Shown piece after piece: positions 1 through 10,422 of a DNA stretch of 64,000 bases. The DNA comes from a bacterium. GTDB lineage: Bacteria > Actinomycetota > Acidimicrobiia > Spongiisociales > ZC4RG35. The DNA is taken from the NCBI GenBank assembly GCA_024638655.1, contig JAHEJW010000001.1:18043-82042 (forward strand). The letters are read 5' to 3'. Position 1 is the first letter of the stretch, and the number at the start of each line of letters is the position of its first letter. A model generated the notes under the pieces. It did no database searches. It worked only from the letters and a program-made list of their open reading frames with translations, and had not been told where the DNA came from. The position numbers were made by a program, and so were the translations under genes.

Positions 1-1347
1 CCCAGGGAACTCACGCGTCGCATCGTCGAGCCAGACGCTCTTCACGACCTTGGCGTAGTAGTACAGGGCTATCACCGCGTTCACCGCGGCGACAACTGCC
101 AGGACGACGGTTGCTGCACCGCCGGCGATCATCACCGAGCGGAACATGACGAACTTGGCGAACCAACCAGCCAGTGGAGGTATCCCGGCCAGGCTGAAGA
201 AGAAGACTGCGACGAGGACCGCGGCGCGTGAGTCCACATTGGAGAGACCCGCCCAATCCGAGATTTCGCCGGACTTGGTCGTGCGGGCCCCGGCTATGAC
301 AACGCCGAAGGCTCCAAGATTCATCACTGCGTAGATCACCAGGTAGATGACCGTCGCCGAGAACGCCTCCTCGAGATCTGCGCCCGCCACCGCCGCGGCC
401 GCGAAAGGAACCAGCATGAATCCTGCCTGGGCAATCGAGGAATAGGCGAGAAGCCGGACGATATTGGTCTGCCGCAACGCCGAGAGATTGCCAATCGTCA
501 TCGACAAGGCTGCCAGGGCCCACAAGGCAGGGGCCCAGACATCCGAGACACCGGGAAGTGCGAGATACATGACCAGCAGCATTGCCACGAATCCGGCGGC
601 TTTCGAGTTGACCGAGAGATAGGCCGTTATAGGTGTGGGCGCGCCTTCATAGGTGTCGGGTGCCCAGAAATGGAAGGGAACGGCTGAGATCTTGAAACCG
701 AAGCCAACGATTAGGAAGAGCACAGCCATGGTGAGTGCAGGGCTGTTGGGCATTGCCGCCGTCGCCTCGGCGAGCCCGCTGAAGGTGATCTCGCCTGTCA
801 GCCCGTACAGGACCGACATGCCGTAGAGCAGGATCGCAGTCGATAGCACGCCGAGAATGAAGTACTTGAGGGAGGCCTCGTTGGATTTGACGTCTCCTTT
901 CCTCCATCCGGCCAACAGGTAGAGGGGCCCGGTGACGAGCTCGATCCCGATGAAGAGGACTATCAGGTCGCGAGCCGATGCGAGCACCAGTGATCCGAGA
1001 ACGGAGGCCAGAAGGAGGAGGTAGTACTCCCCCTGGTAGTAGCGCTCCGACTCGATGTAGTTCACCGACATCAGGAAGACGATGTAGGCAGTCACGAGGA
1101 ACAGGCCTTTGAGCACGAGGGCGAACTCGTCGACGACGTAGGAGCCGTCGAACATCGAAATGGTCTCGCCCTCGACCGCCAGGAATGCGAGAGGTATCAG
1201 CGCCAGAGCCGAGCCGGCCACCGCTGCTGTCGCAGTCCAGTACTTCTTCAGGCGGGGCAGGGTCAGATCGAGGCCGAGCACAAGGAAGAGCGAGCCGATG
1301 ATGATCAGCTCGGGCGCGATGGCCAGATAGTCGACCTCCCAGCTCAT
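1..1347 (-). CDS. nuoN: NADH-quinone oxidoreductase subunit N (partial; the C-terminal coding end runs off the left window edge)
   Basis: Not in the ORF track because its stop lies outside the window. Manual minus-strand translation from the ATG at 1345-1347 gives MSWEVDYLAIAPELIIIGSLFLVLGLDLTLPRLKKYWTAT..., a NuoN-type N-terminus in an open frame to position 1. It is the last gene of a nuo operon, 36 nt downstream of nuoM. Confidence 0.75.
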   Translation of the reverse strand, partial: MSWEVDYLAIAPELIIIGSLFLVLGLDLTLPRLKKYWTATAAVAGSALALIPLAFLAVEGETISMFDGSYVVDEFALVLKGLFLVTAYIVFLMSVNYIESERYYQGEYYLLLLASVLGSLVLASARDLIVLFIGIELVTGPLYLLAGWRKGDVKSNEASLKYFILGVLSTAILLYGMSVLYGLTGEITFSGLAEATAAMPNSPALTMAVLFLIVGFGFKISAVPFHFWAPDTYEGAPTPITAYLSVNSKAAGFVAMLLVMYLALPGVSDVWAPALWALAALSMTIGNLSALRQTNIVRLLAYSSIAQAGFMLVPFAAAAVAGADLEEAFSATVIYLVIYAVMNLGAFGVVIAGARTTKSGEISDWAGLSNVDSRAAVLVAVFFFSLAGIPPLAGWFAKFVMFRSVMIAGGAATVVLAVVAAVNAVIALYYYAKVVKSVWLDDATREFPG

Positions 1348-1382
1348 TGCCTCAAACCCGCTCTCTCGACTCCCTCAGCCAC

Positions 1383-3005
1383 TCAGCCGCCCTTCATCAG
1401 ACTGCCGAGCGCAGCCGTCACCTCGGGATCGAACGCCATGTCCACCAGGGAGGTCACGGTGTCGGTCGTAGACGTGAAGATCACCTTGGGGAAGAAGCCG
1501 ATAGCGACGATCAGGACGATGAGCGGCACCCAAGCGGCAGCTTCATACCGATCCACATCGTGGAAGGTGTGCCCTTCCCACTCGTTCGGAGGCTCACCGA
1601 GGTTGACTCGCTGCAGCATCCAGAGCATGTAGCCCGCGGTGAGCACGGTGCCGACGGCGCCCAGCACCATCGACGTCCTGAAGACTCCTAGCGACAGGCC
1701 CTCGAGAGGGTTGTAGGCGCTGACGAGAGCCATGAACTCACCCCAGAAGCCGGCCAGGCCGGGAAGTCCGAGAGAGGCCATCGCCGTGAAAGCCAGGATC
1801 CCGCCCATCACCGGCATCAGCTTGATGTTCCCGCCGAGACGAGACATCTCTCTGGTGTGATAACGGTGCGACATCGAACCGGCGAGGAAGAAGAGCAGGC
1901 CGGTGATCAGACCGTGGGCCACCATCCCGATGATCGCCGCGTTGATCCCGACGTCGGTCATGGTGGCGATCCCCAGCATCACAAAACCCATGTGACCGAC
2001 CGAGCTGAATGCGATCAGTCGCTTCATGTCGGTTTGGGCCAAACATGCCAGCGAGCCGTAGATGATCCCGATGACGGCGAGGATGGCAATGGCAGGCGCC
2101 CAGTTGACCGCCTCCTGGGGGAGGATGGGCAGGGAGATCCTGATGAAGCCGTATGAGCCGAGCTTCAGCAGGATCGCCGCCAACAAGACCGAGCCCACAG
2201 TCGGAGCGGCCGTGTGGGCATCCGGCAACCAGGTGTGGAATGGCCACATCGGGACTTTGACCGCGAAACCGAGGAACATCGCTCCGAAGACGAGGAAGGC
2301 AAAGGTGCCGGTGAACGCCCCACCCGATCCGAGTCTGGTCAACTCGACGATGTCGAATGTGCGCTCACCGAAGTTCCCGGACTCGAAGTAGAGAGCCAGA
2401 AACCCGAGGAGCATGAAGGCCGATCCGAAGAGGGTGAATAGGAAGAACTTGATGGCTGCGTACAGCCTGGTCTCGAAGAGCTTGCTGAAGCCGGGGACCT
2501 TCCTGGGAGACTTGTCACCCCATATCCCGATCATGAAGTACATGGGGAGCAGCACGACCTCGAAGAAGATGAAGAAGAGGACGAGATCGAGGGCCACGAA
2601 CGTCCCGTTCATGCCGGTGGCGAGGATCAACATCAGGATCAGGAACGCCTTCGGGTTCTTCGGCTCGTCCCAGTGATTCCATGAGTAGATCACCGCAAGT
2701 ACCACGACGAAGGTCGAGAGGACCAACAACGGAAGGGATATCCCGTCGACCCCGACGTGGTAATTGGCGTTGATGGCCCCGATCCAGCTCTCCTCGACTT
2801 CGAACTGATAGGTGTTGTAGACGCCACCGGAGTAGTCGAACTGGGCGATGAGCACGAGGGAGGCGAGGAAGGCAAGCAGTGTCGCAACCAGTCCGGTGGT
2901 CTTCAGGGCGTCTTCGTTGTCCTTGGGGATGACCCCGAGGATCAGTGCGCCAACGAGGGGCAGGAAGACGATGATCGTCAAGCCCCAGGTCTCGAACCAT
3001 TCCAT
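1383..3005 (-). CDS. nuoM: NADH-quinone oxidoreductase subunit M
   Basis: 540 aa polytopic membrane protein with NuoM/ND4 antiporter-like motifs (GLDGISLPLLVL, FFIFFEVVLLPMYF, KVPMWPFHTWLPDAH) and the expected operon position. Confidence 0.9.
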   Translation of the reverse strand: MEWFETWGLTIIVFLPLVGALILGVIPKDNEDALKTTGLVATLLAFLASLVLIAQFDYSGGVYNTYQFEVEESWIGAINANYHVGVDGISLPLLVLSTFVVVLAVIYSWNHWDEPKNPKAFLILMLILATGMNGTFVALDLVLFFIFFEVVLLPMYFMIGIWGDKSPRKVPGFSKLFETRLYAAIKFFLFTLFGSAFMLLGFLALYFESGNFGERTFDIVELTRLGSGGAFTGTFAFLVFGAMFLGFAVKVPMWPFHTWLPDAHTAAPTVGSVLLAAILLKLGSYGFIRISLPILPQEAVNWAPAIAILAVIGIIYGSLACLAQTDMKRLIAFSSVGHMGFVMLGIATMTDVGINAAIIGMVAHGLITGLLFFLAGSMSHRYHTREMSRLGGNIKLMPVMGGILAFTAMASLGLPGLAGFWGEFMALVSAYNPLEGLSLGVFRTSMVLGAVGTVLTAGYMLWMLQRVNLGEPPNEWEGHTFHDVDRYEAAAWVPLIVLIVAIGFFPKVIFTSTTDTVTSLVDMAFDPEVTAALGSLMKGG

Positions 3006-3033
3006 ATCTCTCAGCCTCTCCTATTCACTCACT

Positions 3034-5076
3034 TCAGACAATCAACACGAACACGACCACCAGAATCAGGGCTCCGGCCACGAAGCCGGCTGCGTACTGC
3101 TGAACACGACCGGTCTGCAGTCTTCGCACGGCTGAACCCGCCCCGTCTGTGACCGCCGACAGGCCGTTGAACACGCCGTCGACCGCTCGCTGGTCGATTG
3201 TCCCGTACACGAATTCACCCAGGGCCTTCACCACCCCGCCGACCAGATTGATGATCCCGTCGATGATGTAGGTGTTGGTCCAGTCGATGAATCTGGCGAT
3301 GGGCCCCGTGGTGGCACCGACCACTCCGAGTGCGGCATGGTCGATGAAGTATTTCTGACGGAGCAGCGGATACAGGGCCGGCACCTCGAAACGGTCCCGC
3401 GCCTTCTGGGTTGCCCGATCCCTCGAGAAGATCAGCCAGCCGAGTGCCAGGCCCGCACCTGCCGCGACGAGGCCGATCGCAGCCAGACTCCAGTCGATGC
3501 CTTCGGGGTGGTAGTCCCCCATCGGGACGACACGCACACCGAGCCATTCGGTGAAGTTTCCGATGCCCGGCCAATCGACCCCGGGGATGTTGAGGATGCC
3601 GACGAAGATCGAGGGGATGGCCAGGCCGACCAGGGGAGCGGTCATCACCCTTGGCGCCTCGTGAGGATGGCCTTCGCCCTTGTAAGTGCCGTGGAATGTG
3701 AGGGCTACGGCCCGGGCCATGTAGAAAGCGGTCACGAAGGCTCCGGCGATGGCGATCCACATCACTGCCGTGTAGCCCTCATGCCCCAGGGTGGCGAGGA
3801 TCTCGTCCTTCGACCAGAACCCGGCGAGGGGGATGATTCCGGCGAGCGCCAGGGAGCCCACCACGAATGTCCAATAGGTCGTGGGCATTTCCTTTCGCAG
3901 ACCCCCCATGTCACTCATGTTGTTGGAGTGCACCGCGTGAATCACGGCTCCTGCGCCAAGGAATAGGAGGGCCTTGAAGAACGCGTGGGTGAAGAGATGG
4001 AACAGGCCCGCTGTGTAGCCCCCGGCCGCGACGGCAGTCATCATGTAGCCGAGCTGGGACACCGTGGAGTAGGCCAGCACCTTCTTGATGTCATCGGCGA
4101 CCAGAGCGAGCAGACCGATGGCGAACAGCGTTATGGCGCCGATCACCACCATCAAACCTCGGGTATCCTGCGCGAGATTCTGGAAGAGCGGGAAGACCCG
4201 GGCCATCAGGTAGATACCGGCGGTGACCATGGTGGCAGCGTGCATGAGAGCGGACACGGGCGTGGGACCTGCCATGGCGTCCGGCAGCCAGATGTGCAGC
4301 GGGAACTGGGCGCTCTTGCCCATGGCCCCGAAGAAGAGAAGCAGCCCGCCCGCCACAGCCACTGCACCCAGAGCCTCGGCATGCTCGGCGGCGGCAATGC
4401 TCAGCTCGGAGAAGTCGAATGAGCCGATGGCCACTCCGACCAGAATGGTTCCCAAGATCAGCCCCACATCGGCGACCTTGTTGGTCATGAAAGCCTTGTT
4501 GCCGGCTCTCACGTTGTCGAGGTCTTCCCAATAGAAGCCGATCAGGAAATAGGAGGCGAGACCGACGCCCTCCCACCCGATGATCATTTGGATGAGGTTC
4601 GGGGCACCCACCAGGACCAGCATCGCCCCCGCAAACAGAGAGAACGCGGCGAAGAACCAGTCGACCCTGACATCGCCCTCCATGTATCCGAGTGCGTATA
4701 TGAAGACGAGCAGGCCGACAAAGTTGACCAGGAAGTACATCATGATCGACAGTCCGTCGACGACCCAGCCCAGCTCGAAGACGAGGTCGCTCCCGATGCG
4801 CGCAATCTCGAACGTGGTCTGGTCGAGGACGCCGCCCGTCATGTTCAGCACGAAGAGGACAGTGGCCCACAGGAGGTTTATGGCCAGCGCACCGACTGCC
4901 AACTCCCCGCCCTTGTACTTGAGTCTCTTGCCGAAGGCCAGGATGAGGAGAAAGGCGACAAAGGGAAGCACCAGCATGATGCCGGCCGTATCGGCCCAGA
5001 AGCCTCCGGTGCCGGCCTCAACGGCACCATGCCCGCCTTCTTCGGCAGCGATGACAAGGGCTCGCATCCCTACCAT
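3034..5076 (-). CDS. nuoL: NADH-quinone oxidoreductase subunit L
   Basis: 680 aa with NuoL/ND5 motifs ([45 protein letters not shown]). An alternative ATG at 5067 would remove a 7-nt overlap with nuoK. Confidence 0.9.
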   Translation of the reverse strand: MVGMRALVIAAEEGGHGAVEAGTGGFWADTAGIMLVLPFVAFLLILAFGKRLKYKGGELAVGALAINLLWATVLFVLNMTGGVLDQTTFEIARIGSDLVFELGWVVDGLSIMMYFLVNFVGLLVFIYALGYMEGDVRVDWFFAAFSLFAGAMLVLVGAPNLIQMIIGWEGVGLASYFLIGFYWEDLDNVRAGNKAFMTNKVADVGLILGTILVGVAIGSFDFSELSIAAAEHAEALGAVAVAGGLLLFFGAMGKSAQFPLHIWLPDAMAGPTPVSALMHAATMVTAGIYLMARVFPLFQNLAQDTRGLMVVIGAITLFAIGLLALVADDIKKVLAYSTVSQLGYMMTAVAAGGYTAGLFHLFTHAFFKALLFLGAGAVIHAVHSNNMSDMGGLRKEMPTTYWTFVVGSLALAGIIPLAGFWSKDEILATLGHEGYTAVMWIAIAGAFVTAFYMARAVALTFHGTYKGEGHPHEAPRVMTAPLVGLAIPSIFVGILNIPGVDWPGIGNFTEWLGVRVVPMGDYHPEGIDWSLAAIGLVAAGAGLALGWLIFSRDRATQKARDRFEVPALYPLLRQKYFIDHAALGVVGATTGPIARFIDWTNTYIIDGIINLVGGVVKALGEFVYGTIDQRAVDGVFNGLSAVTDGAGSAVRRLQTGRVQQYAAGFVAGALILVVVFVLIV

Positions 5077-5375
5077 CTCATCAGACTCAGGTCGTCGACG
5101 TTGGCGGACTTGCGGTTGCGGAAGATCATCAAGACGATGGCCAGGCCGATTCCCACCTCGGCAGCGGCGACTGTGATCACGAAGATGGCGAAGACCTGTC
5201 CCACGGCCTGGGCGGAGACCAGATAGGACTCGAAGGCGATCAGGTTGATGTTGACGGCGTTGAGCATCAGCTCGACGGAGAGAAGGATCAGAACCACGTT
5301 GCGTCGCACCAGGAGCCCATACACGCCGAAGGCAAACAAGGCGGCACCCAACACGAGAAACTGATTGAGCAGCAC
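5070..5375 (-). CDS. nuoK: NADH-quinone oxidoreductase subunit K
   Basis: 101 aa, three TM helices, RRN motif near residue 25 and the conserved LMLNAVNINLIAF core. GTG start. Confidence 0.9.
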   Translation of the reverse strand: MLLNQFLVLGAALFAFGVYGLLVRRNVVLILLSVELMLNAVNINLIAFESYLVSAQAVGQVFAIFVITVAAAEVGIGLAIVLMIFRNRKSANVDDLSLMRW

Positions 5376-5926
5376 TAGACGCTCATCCTTTCCTCTTCCT
5401 CTACCGGCGTGAGATCTCGACGGGCAATCGTGATACCGCCGATCAATGCAGCTAGGAGCACGAACGACACGACCTCGAACGGGATCACGAACCGTCCCAA
5501 CAGAGATTCGCCGATCACCTGAGTCGAGGTGGCTTCACCAACCGTCGCCAAGAGCTCGGTTCCGAATGCGTCGATCGAAGCCCACGTCATCACAACGAAG
5601 ACCGCAGCCGAGAGGAGGGCGGGCATGGCCGTCTGGTCGGATGAGAGCGACTCGTCCAACCCGGTTGGGGCACGGGTGATCATGATCCCGAAGAGGAACA
5701 GAACGATCACCGCACCGATATAGACCAACACGAGCACCCAGGCGACGAACTCCGCCGACATCAGGAGGAATAGCCCTGCCGTGCCGGCGAGGGCGCCGAC
5801 GAGATAGAGGGCCGCATGCACCACGTTCTTGGAGGTGACGACCCGGAATCCGGAGAACAGGACGGCGAGGCCGATGGCGGCGAAAACCCAATTGACGGGT
5901 TCGGCTATCCAATCGGAGAAGGTCAT
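5375..5926 (-). CDS. nuoJ: NADH-quinone oxidoreductase subunit J
   Basis: 183 aa membrane protein between nuoK and nuoI, with a NuoJ-like N-terminal TM helix followed by NVVHAALYL. Confidence 0.85.
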   Translation of the reverse strand: MTFSDWIAEPVNWVFAAIGLAVLFSGFRVVTSKNVVHAALYLVGALAGTAGLFLLMSAEFVAWVLVLVYIGAVIVLFLFGIMITRAPTGLDESLSSDQTAMPALLSAAVFVVMTWASIDAFGTELLATVGEATSTQVIGESLLGRFVIPFEVVSFVLLAALIGGITIARRDLTPVEEEERMSV

Positions 5927-5930
5927 CTAC

Positions 5931-6425
5931 CTACTTCTCCAATGCCGGTTGCTCGGGAACGGTGGCGAGCCAATCTTGTAGACGGTCCATGTCGTGGAGC
6001 ATCTCTCCCATGTGCGCCTCGGAGTATTCGTATTCGGGGGTCCAGAAGAGAGCATCGAAGGGGCAGACCTCCACGCAAATCCCGCAGTACATGCAAAGCG
6101 CATAATCGATGTCGAAGCGGTCGAGTTCGGCCCGAACCCTGACCCTCCCACCGGGCTTCGACGGCGGCTGTTCCTCCTTGTGCCCCTCGATGTAGATGCA
6201 CCAGTCGGGACAAGATCGGGCGCAGAGCATGCACACGGTGCAGGCCTCCTGATCGAGGGCGATGACGCCTCGTGCCCTGGGAACAGGGGTCTCTTTCACC
6301 TTTGGATAGTTGACGGTGGCCAGGTATTTGTTAGGTAAGAAGATCGTCTTGAGCATGGTGGTCAATGTGACCCACATGCCCTTCAGCATCCCGGATCCGG
6401 GGATCTTGAATCCGTTCTCGGCCAT
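5931..6425 (-). CDS. nuoI: NADH-quinone oxidoreductase subunit I (2x[4Fe-4S])
   Basis: Two CxxCxxCxxxCP motifs ([24 protein letters not shown]). Start placed at the internal ATG at 6425 ([10 protein letters not shown]...), which forms an ATGA overlap with the nuoH stop. The ORF-track start at 6488 would overlap nuoH by 64 nt. Confidence 0.85.
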   Translation of the reverse strand: MAENGFKIPGSGMLKGMWVTLTTMLKTIFLPNKYLATVNYPKVKETPVPRARGVIALDQEACTVCMLCARSCPDWCIYIEGHKEEQPPSKPGGRVRVRAELDRFDIDYALCMYCGICVEVCPFDALFWTPEYEYSEAHMGEMLHDMDRLQDWLATVPEQPALEK

Positions 6426-7429
6426 CAGAGCACCACTTTGAGGATCGCGGTGACGGCGATGTTGGCCAGAGCCAGCGGAATGAGCCACTTCCAGGCAATT
6501 CCCTGCAGCTGGTCCTCACGGAACCTGGGGAAGGTCCACCGGAACCAGATCATCAGAAAGGCCAGGAGGAAGACCTTCCCGATCAGGATGAACGGGCCGA
6601 CGAAAGAAAGCAGATCCTCCGGGATGCCGGGGAGCCAGTAGCCCCCGAGGAAGAGGGTGGCCGCAATGGCCGACATGGAGAACATGTTGGCGAATTCGGC
6701 CAGGAAGAAGAAGAGGAATCGGAATCCCGAGTACTCGGTCAGGTATCCCATGACGAGTTCCGACTCGGCGATCGGCATGTCGAATGGAATCCGGGTCAGC
6801 TCGGCGAGTGCCGCAACCATGAAGATTGCGAAGCCGACGAACTGCACTATCACGTAGGGGAACCCGGCATTGATCTGTGCCTCGACGATGCCGCTCATGC
6901 TCATCGTCCCGGCCATGATCACCGAGCCCACCACGGCAAGCACGAGCGGCAGCTCATAGGCGATGAGCTGGCCGGCCGCCCGTAGTCCGCCGATCAGTGA
7001 GTACTTGTTGGCCGAGGACCAACCGGCCATGAGGATGCCAATGGTGCTCAGTGACGAAATCGCCAGCGCGTAGAAGATGCCCACCGACAGATCTCTGAAG
7101 ATCAGACCAGGCCCAAACGGGATCACCACGAACAGTGCCACCGTTCCCACGAGGACCAGGATCGGGGCTGACTTGAAGACCGGCTTGTCGGCCGCGTCGG
7201 GGACGATGTCTTCCTTCTGGAAGAACTTCACACCATCGGCGATCAATTGGGCCCAGCCCCAGCGGCCCCCAGCGAAGTAAGGACCCACCCGGGCTTGCAT
7301 CTTGGCCGAGAGCTTCATCTCGGCGAATCCGATCACCATGCCGATGAGGGGGATCATCGTCGCCACCAGCAGCAGCTTGCCGGCCAACGACACCCAGAAA
7401 TTGTCGAAGAGGTCGATCAGGAATTCCAT
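6425..7429 (-). CDS. nuoH: NADH-quinone oxidoreductase subunit H
   Basis: NuoH/ND1 motifs ([35 protein letters not shown]). Start at ATG 7429 (MEFLIDLF...) is preceded by AAGGAA. The upstream ORF extension is Arg-rich and non-homologous. Confidence 0.9.
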   Translation of the reverse strand: MEFLIDLFDNFWVSLAGKLLLVATMIPLIGMVIGFAEMKLSAKMQARVGPYFAGGRWGWAQLIADGVKFFQKEDIVPDAADKPVFKSAPILVLVGTVALFVVIPFGPGLIFRDLSVGIFYALAISSLSTIGILMAGWSSANKYSLIGGLRAAGQLIAYELPLVLAVVGSVIMAGTMSMSGIVEAQINAGFPYVIVQFVGFAIFMVAALAELTRIPFDMPIAESELVMGYLTEYSGFRFLFFFLAEFANMFSMSAIAATLFLGGYWLPGIPEDLLSFVGPFILIGKVFLLAFLMIWFRWTFPRFREDQLQGIAWKWLIPLALANIAVTAILKVVL

Positions 7430-7601
7430 TGGAGTTCCTTCTCTTTCATGATGGCGGCCGACTTCGCCCGAGTGGCTCCGTTCAACACAGGCGATGGCGT
7501 TGCCGGGGACGCAACATCGTCTGACTCCTCGCGCGGTGCGGCTCCGGGCGAACAGACGCCGGTCGTCCGCAACTCGCCGCAAGTGTCAGTTCGGGGACCG
7601 C

Positions 7602-8792
7602 TCATCTGTCCACATCCCCGAGCACGAAATCGAGTGAGCCCATGATGGCGATGATGTCCGGCACCAATGCCCCTTCGAGGATCCAGGGAAGGATCGAGAT
7701 GTTGGAGAAGCTCGCCGAGCGGATCTTCAAGCGGTAGGGCCCTTGTCCCCCATCCGACACCAGGTAGTAGCCCATCTCTCCTTTCGGATTCTCGGCCCTC
7801 ACGTAGGTCTCACCCTTCGGAACCTTGATGACCTTGGGCACTTTCGCCTGCAGATCGCCCGAGGGGATTCCATCGACCGCCTGCTGAATTATCTTCGCCG
7901 ACTCGCGAATCTCTTGGAGCCTCACCCACCACCTGTCCCAGCAGTCGCCGTTCTCACCCGTGACGACATCGAATTCGAACAGGTGATAGGGGAGATAGTC
8001 CTCCGCCTTGCGAAGGTCGAATGCCACACCAGATGCCCGAAGGTTCGGCCCGGAGACGCCAAAGGCGGCGGCCACCTCGGGGGGGAGAACTCCGACATCT
8101 TTGGTCCGGGCCAGGATGATCTCGTTGCCGGCCACCAGAGCCTCCAACTCATCGGTGACATCGAGCACTTGATCCATCGCTTCTCGGGTTTCGCTCAGGA
8201 ACCCAGCCGGGAGATCTTGGATCATCTTCCTCGTGGCGGAGCCGGATCCGTAGGCGGGTTTCACTCCTCCGATCCGATTGAAGTTGGGATGAAAGCGACC
8301 CCCGGTGACCCCTTCGAGCAAGTCGAGAACTCGTTCTCTCTCCCTCAGCGCGAAGAACAGTGGCGTGGCGGCGCCGAGTTCGAGTGGATAAGACGCCATG
8401 AAGATGAGGTGTGAGGAGATACGGGCCATCTCGGTCAGGATCAGCCGGATGTACTGGGCGCGCTCTGGCACATCGAGCCCCATCAGCTTTTCGGCCGCCA
8501 CGATGAAGGGGATCTCATTGGCGTATCCCGAGACCCAGTCGATTCGGTTGACGATTGCCGTTATCTGGGGATATGTCCTGACCTCGGAGAGCTTCTCGTA
8601 GCCGCGATGCATGTATCCGATGACCGGCTGAACGTTGTAAGCCCGCTCCCCGTCCACCCGGGCGACCAGCCGCAAGACGCCGTGTGTCGAGGGATGCTGT
8701 GGACCGATGTTCAGCGTCATGTCCTCGGTCTCGAGCTCGACCGAGACCTGCGCCTCGCTCAGGTGCCTTATTGCGTCGGTGTCGATGGTCAT
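7602..8792 (-). CDS. nuoD: NADH-quinone oxidoreductase subunit D
   Basis: NuoD 49-kDa subunit motifs (NIGPQHPSTHGVLRLV, C-terminal SLDFVLGDVDR). Start at ATG 8792 (MTIDTD...) with GGAGG upstream, 7 nt after the nuoC stop. Confidence 0.9.
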   Translation of the reverse strand: MTIDTDAIRHLSEAQVSVELETEDMTLNIGPQHPSTHGVLRLVARVDGERAYNVQPVIGYMHRGYEKLSEVRTYPQITAIVNRIDWVSGYANEIPFIVAAEKLMGLDVPERAQYIRLILTEMARISSHLIFMASYPLELGAATPLFFALRERERVLDLLEGVTGGRFHPNFNRIGGVKPAYGSGSATRKMIQDLPAGFLSETREAMDQVLDVTDELEALVAGNEIILARTKDVGVLPPEVAAAFGVSGPNLRASGVAFDLRKAEDYLPYHLFEFDVVTGENGDCWDRWWVRLQEIRESAKIIQQAVDGIPSGDLQAKVPKVIKVPKGETYVRAENPKGEMGYYLVSDGGQGPYRLKIRSASFSNISILPWILEGALVPDIIAIMGSLDFVLGDVDR

Positions 8793-8799
8793 GAAAGCC

Positions 8800-9345
8800 T
8801 CATGCCTCCGGATTCTCGGTCGAAGGCTCTTCCGGCGCCTCGGGCTTCTCCGGCATCGCCTCGACATCGACGGTGCCCGGCCACGGCTTCACCTCGCGGC
8901 TCAGCAGGGGATAGCTCTTGCGCAGAGGGTTGCCGATGAAGGACTCGGGGAGATAGAGATGGACCAGATTGGGATGGCCCTCGAAGACGATCCCGAACAT
9001 CTCGTATGTCTCGCGCTCGTGCCAGTCGGCGCCCGTGTACACCCCCACGAGGCTGGCGATCGAAGGTGAGTCAATGGGGAGGCGTGTCGAGAACGTGACG
9101 CGCCGACCCTCGGTCAGGTCTCCGACGGTCGTCAACACCTCGAAACGCTCATCGACCTCCTCGTTGAGTGAGTCGCCGGCCTGCACATCGTTCGACCAGT
9201 GAATGGCCGACAGCCAGCTGAAGAACACCAGGTCCAAATCGTCACGCGCCTTGGTGTGAACATCGACCCATGAGTCAGGAGAAACGGAGACTTTGACGGT
9301 GTCGAAATGGATGTCGGCTTCCCCTCCGACGGACCCAGCGACCAT
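8800..9345 (-). CDS. nuoC: NADH-quinone oxidoreductase subunit C
   Basis: NuoC 30-kDa motifs (ERETYEMFGIVFEGHPNL, LPESFIGNPLRKSYPL). Start chosen at the internal ATG at 9345 (just downstream of the nuoB stop; the track start at 9468 would overlap nuoB by 83 nt). The exact start is uncertain. Confidence 0.8.
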   Translation of the reverse strand: MVAGSVGGEADIHFDTVKVSVSPDSWVDVHTKARDDLDLVFFSWLSAIHWSNDVQAGDSLNEEVDERFEVLTTVGDLTEGRRVTFSTRLPIDSPSIASLVGVYTGADWHERETYEMFGIVFEGHPNLVHLYLPESFIGNPLRKSYPLLSREVKPWPGTVDVEAMPEKPEAPEEPSTENPEA

Positions 9346-9385
9346 GTCGGCGAAATCCTGGAGGGGGTGGGAGGTCGTCGCGGTC

Positions 9386-9883
9386 TCAGACGGGCTCGAG
9401 GTCACGCTGATTCCACTTCTCTTTGATGTTCTCGTTCTCGATCTGCTTCTGGAGAAGCACGATGCCATCCATCAGCGCCTCCGGTCGCGGCGGGCAACCC
9501 GGCACATAAACGTCGACAGGAATCAGCTGATCGACTCCCTTGGTCACCGAGTACGAATCCCAATAAGGGCCACCGCAGTTGGCGCACGATCCCATCGAAA
9601 TCACGTACTTCGGCTCTGGCATCTGTTCGTAGAGCCTTCTGATCGATGGCGCCATCTTGTCCGTGACGGTCCCGGCCACGACCATCAGGTCGGCCTGTCG
9701 AGGTGAGGCGGGAAGGGGGATGATGCCGAATCTCATGAAGTCGTAGCGCGGCCCTGATGCGGCCATCATCTCGATGGCGCAACAGGCGAGTCCGAACTGG
9801 AACATCCAAAGCGAGTACTTCCGGGACCAGTTCAGGAGCCAGGAAACCGGCTTCGGGACGCCGAACTTCTGGACTACTCCCAT
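9386..9883 (-). CDS. nuoB: NADH-quinone oxidoreductase subunit B (N2 cluster subunit)
   Basis: [17 protein letters not shown] and PGCPP cysteine motifs for the N2 [4Fe-4S] cluster. 165 aa. Confidence 0.9.
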   Translation of the reverse strand: MGVVQKFGVPKPVSWLLNWSRKYSLWMFQFGLACCAIEMMAASGPRYDFMRFGIIPLPASPRQADLMVVAGTVTDKMAPSIRRLYEQMPEPKYVISMGSCANCGGPYWDSYSVTKGVDQLIPVDVYVPGCPPRPEALMDGIVLLQKQIENENIKEKWNQRDLEPV

Positions 9884-10239
9884 CTGAGCACACCCTTCTT
9901 GACCGCATAGACGAGACCTTCGATCACCGTCACGATGAAGAAAAGCATGGCAACGAGTGCAAAGACCCCCAGTTCATCGACCTGGATCGCCCAGGGGAAG
10001 ATGAAAACCGCCTCTACGTCGAAGATGACAAAGAGGAGTCCGAACACGTAGTAGCGCACGTAGGTCTGCGACCAGCCGTCCCCGACGGGATCGACGCCGC
10101 ACTCGTAGGTGAGTTGCTTCTCAGCGGTCGGCTTGGTGGGTCGCAGCACCGAAGCGACACCGAGCATCACCAACACCAGCACGGCTCCCAGTGCGGCGAA
10201 AGCGCCGACTGTCAGATAGCTCTCGAAGTACGTGCTCAT
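9874..10239 (-). CDS. nuoA: NADH-quinone oxidoreductase subunit A
   Basis: 121 aa, three TM helices, NuoA motif YECG.DP. First gene of the operon. Confidence 0.85.
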   Translation of the reverse strand: MSTYFESYLTVGAFAALGAVLVLVMLGVASVLRPTKPTAEKQLTYECGVDPVGDGWSQTYVRYYVFGLLFVIFDVEAVFIFPWAIQVDELGVFALVAMLFFIVTVIEGLVYAVKKGVLRWE

Positions 10240-10422
10240 GCCTCTAATCGTCGAGGAGTAGGACCCGCGGCGAGTATACGCATGCCTCTTGTCTCGTCGA
10301 AGTCAGCCGATCCTGTCCAGACAGCGGATCAAAAGGCTCTTCCCTACCCTCAGAGCGTGACCTCAGCTCCTTCGTATGACGGCCGCGGCCTGGCCAACCT
10401 CATCGGCGAGTTGGAGCACCGT

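Noticed and set aside
11-523. 170-aa minus-strand ORF at the left edge
   Set aside because: It is in a different frame from the open NuoN reading frame that spans 1..1347, and its translation (Gly/Arg-rich, low complexity) looks like off-frame noise. The NuoN frame gives clean homology.
4091-4870. 259-aa ORF antisense or off-frame within nuoL, together with many similar 60-240 aa ORFs inside the nuo, glg and ABC genes (for example 1738..2247, 2515..3000, 24051..25271, 28069..28884, 29053..29748, 43823..44449)
   Set aside because: All are Arg/Gly/Pro-rich, lack motifs and overlap strongly supported genes. Long spurious ORFs are expected on non-coding frames of high-GC DNA.
9757-10422. N-terminal 222 codons of the 560-aa plus-strand ORF (9757..11439) that precede the AlkP-family gene
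   Set aside because: This part lies antisense across nuoA/nuoB, has an Arg/Ser-rich composition typical of high-GC off-frame translation and no homology. The conserved AlkP-core motifs start only after ATG 10423, which has a proper GGAG RBS.
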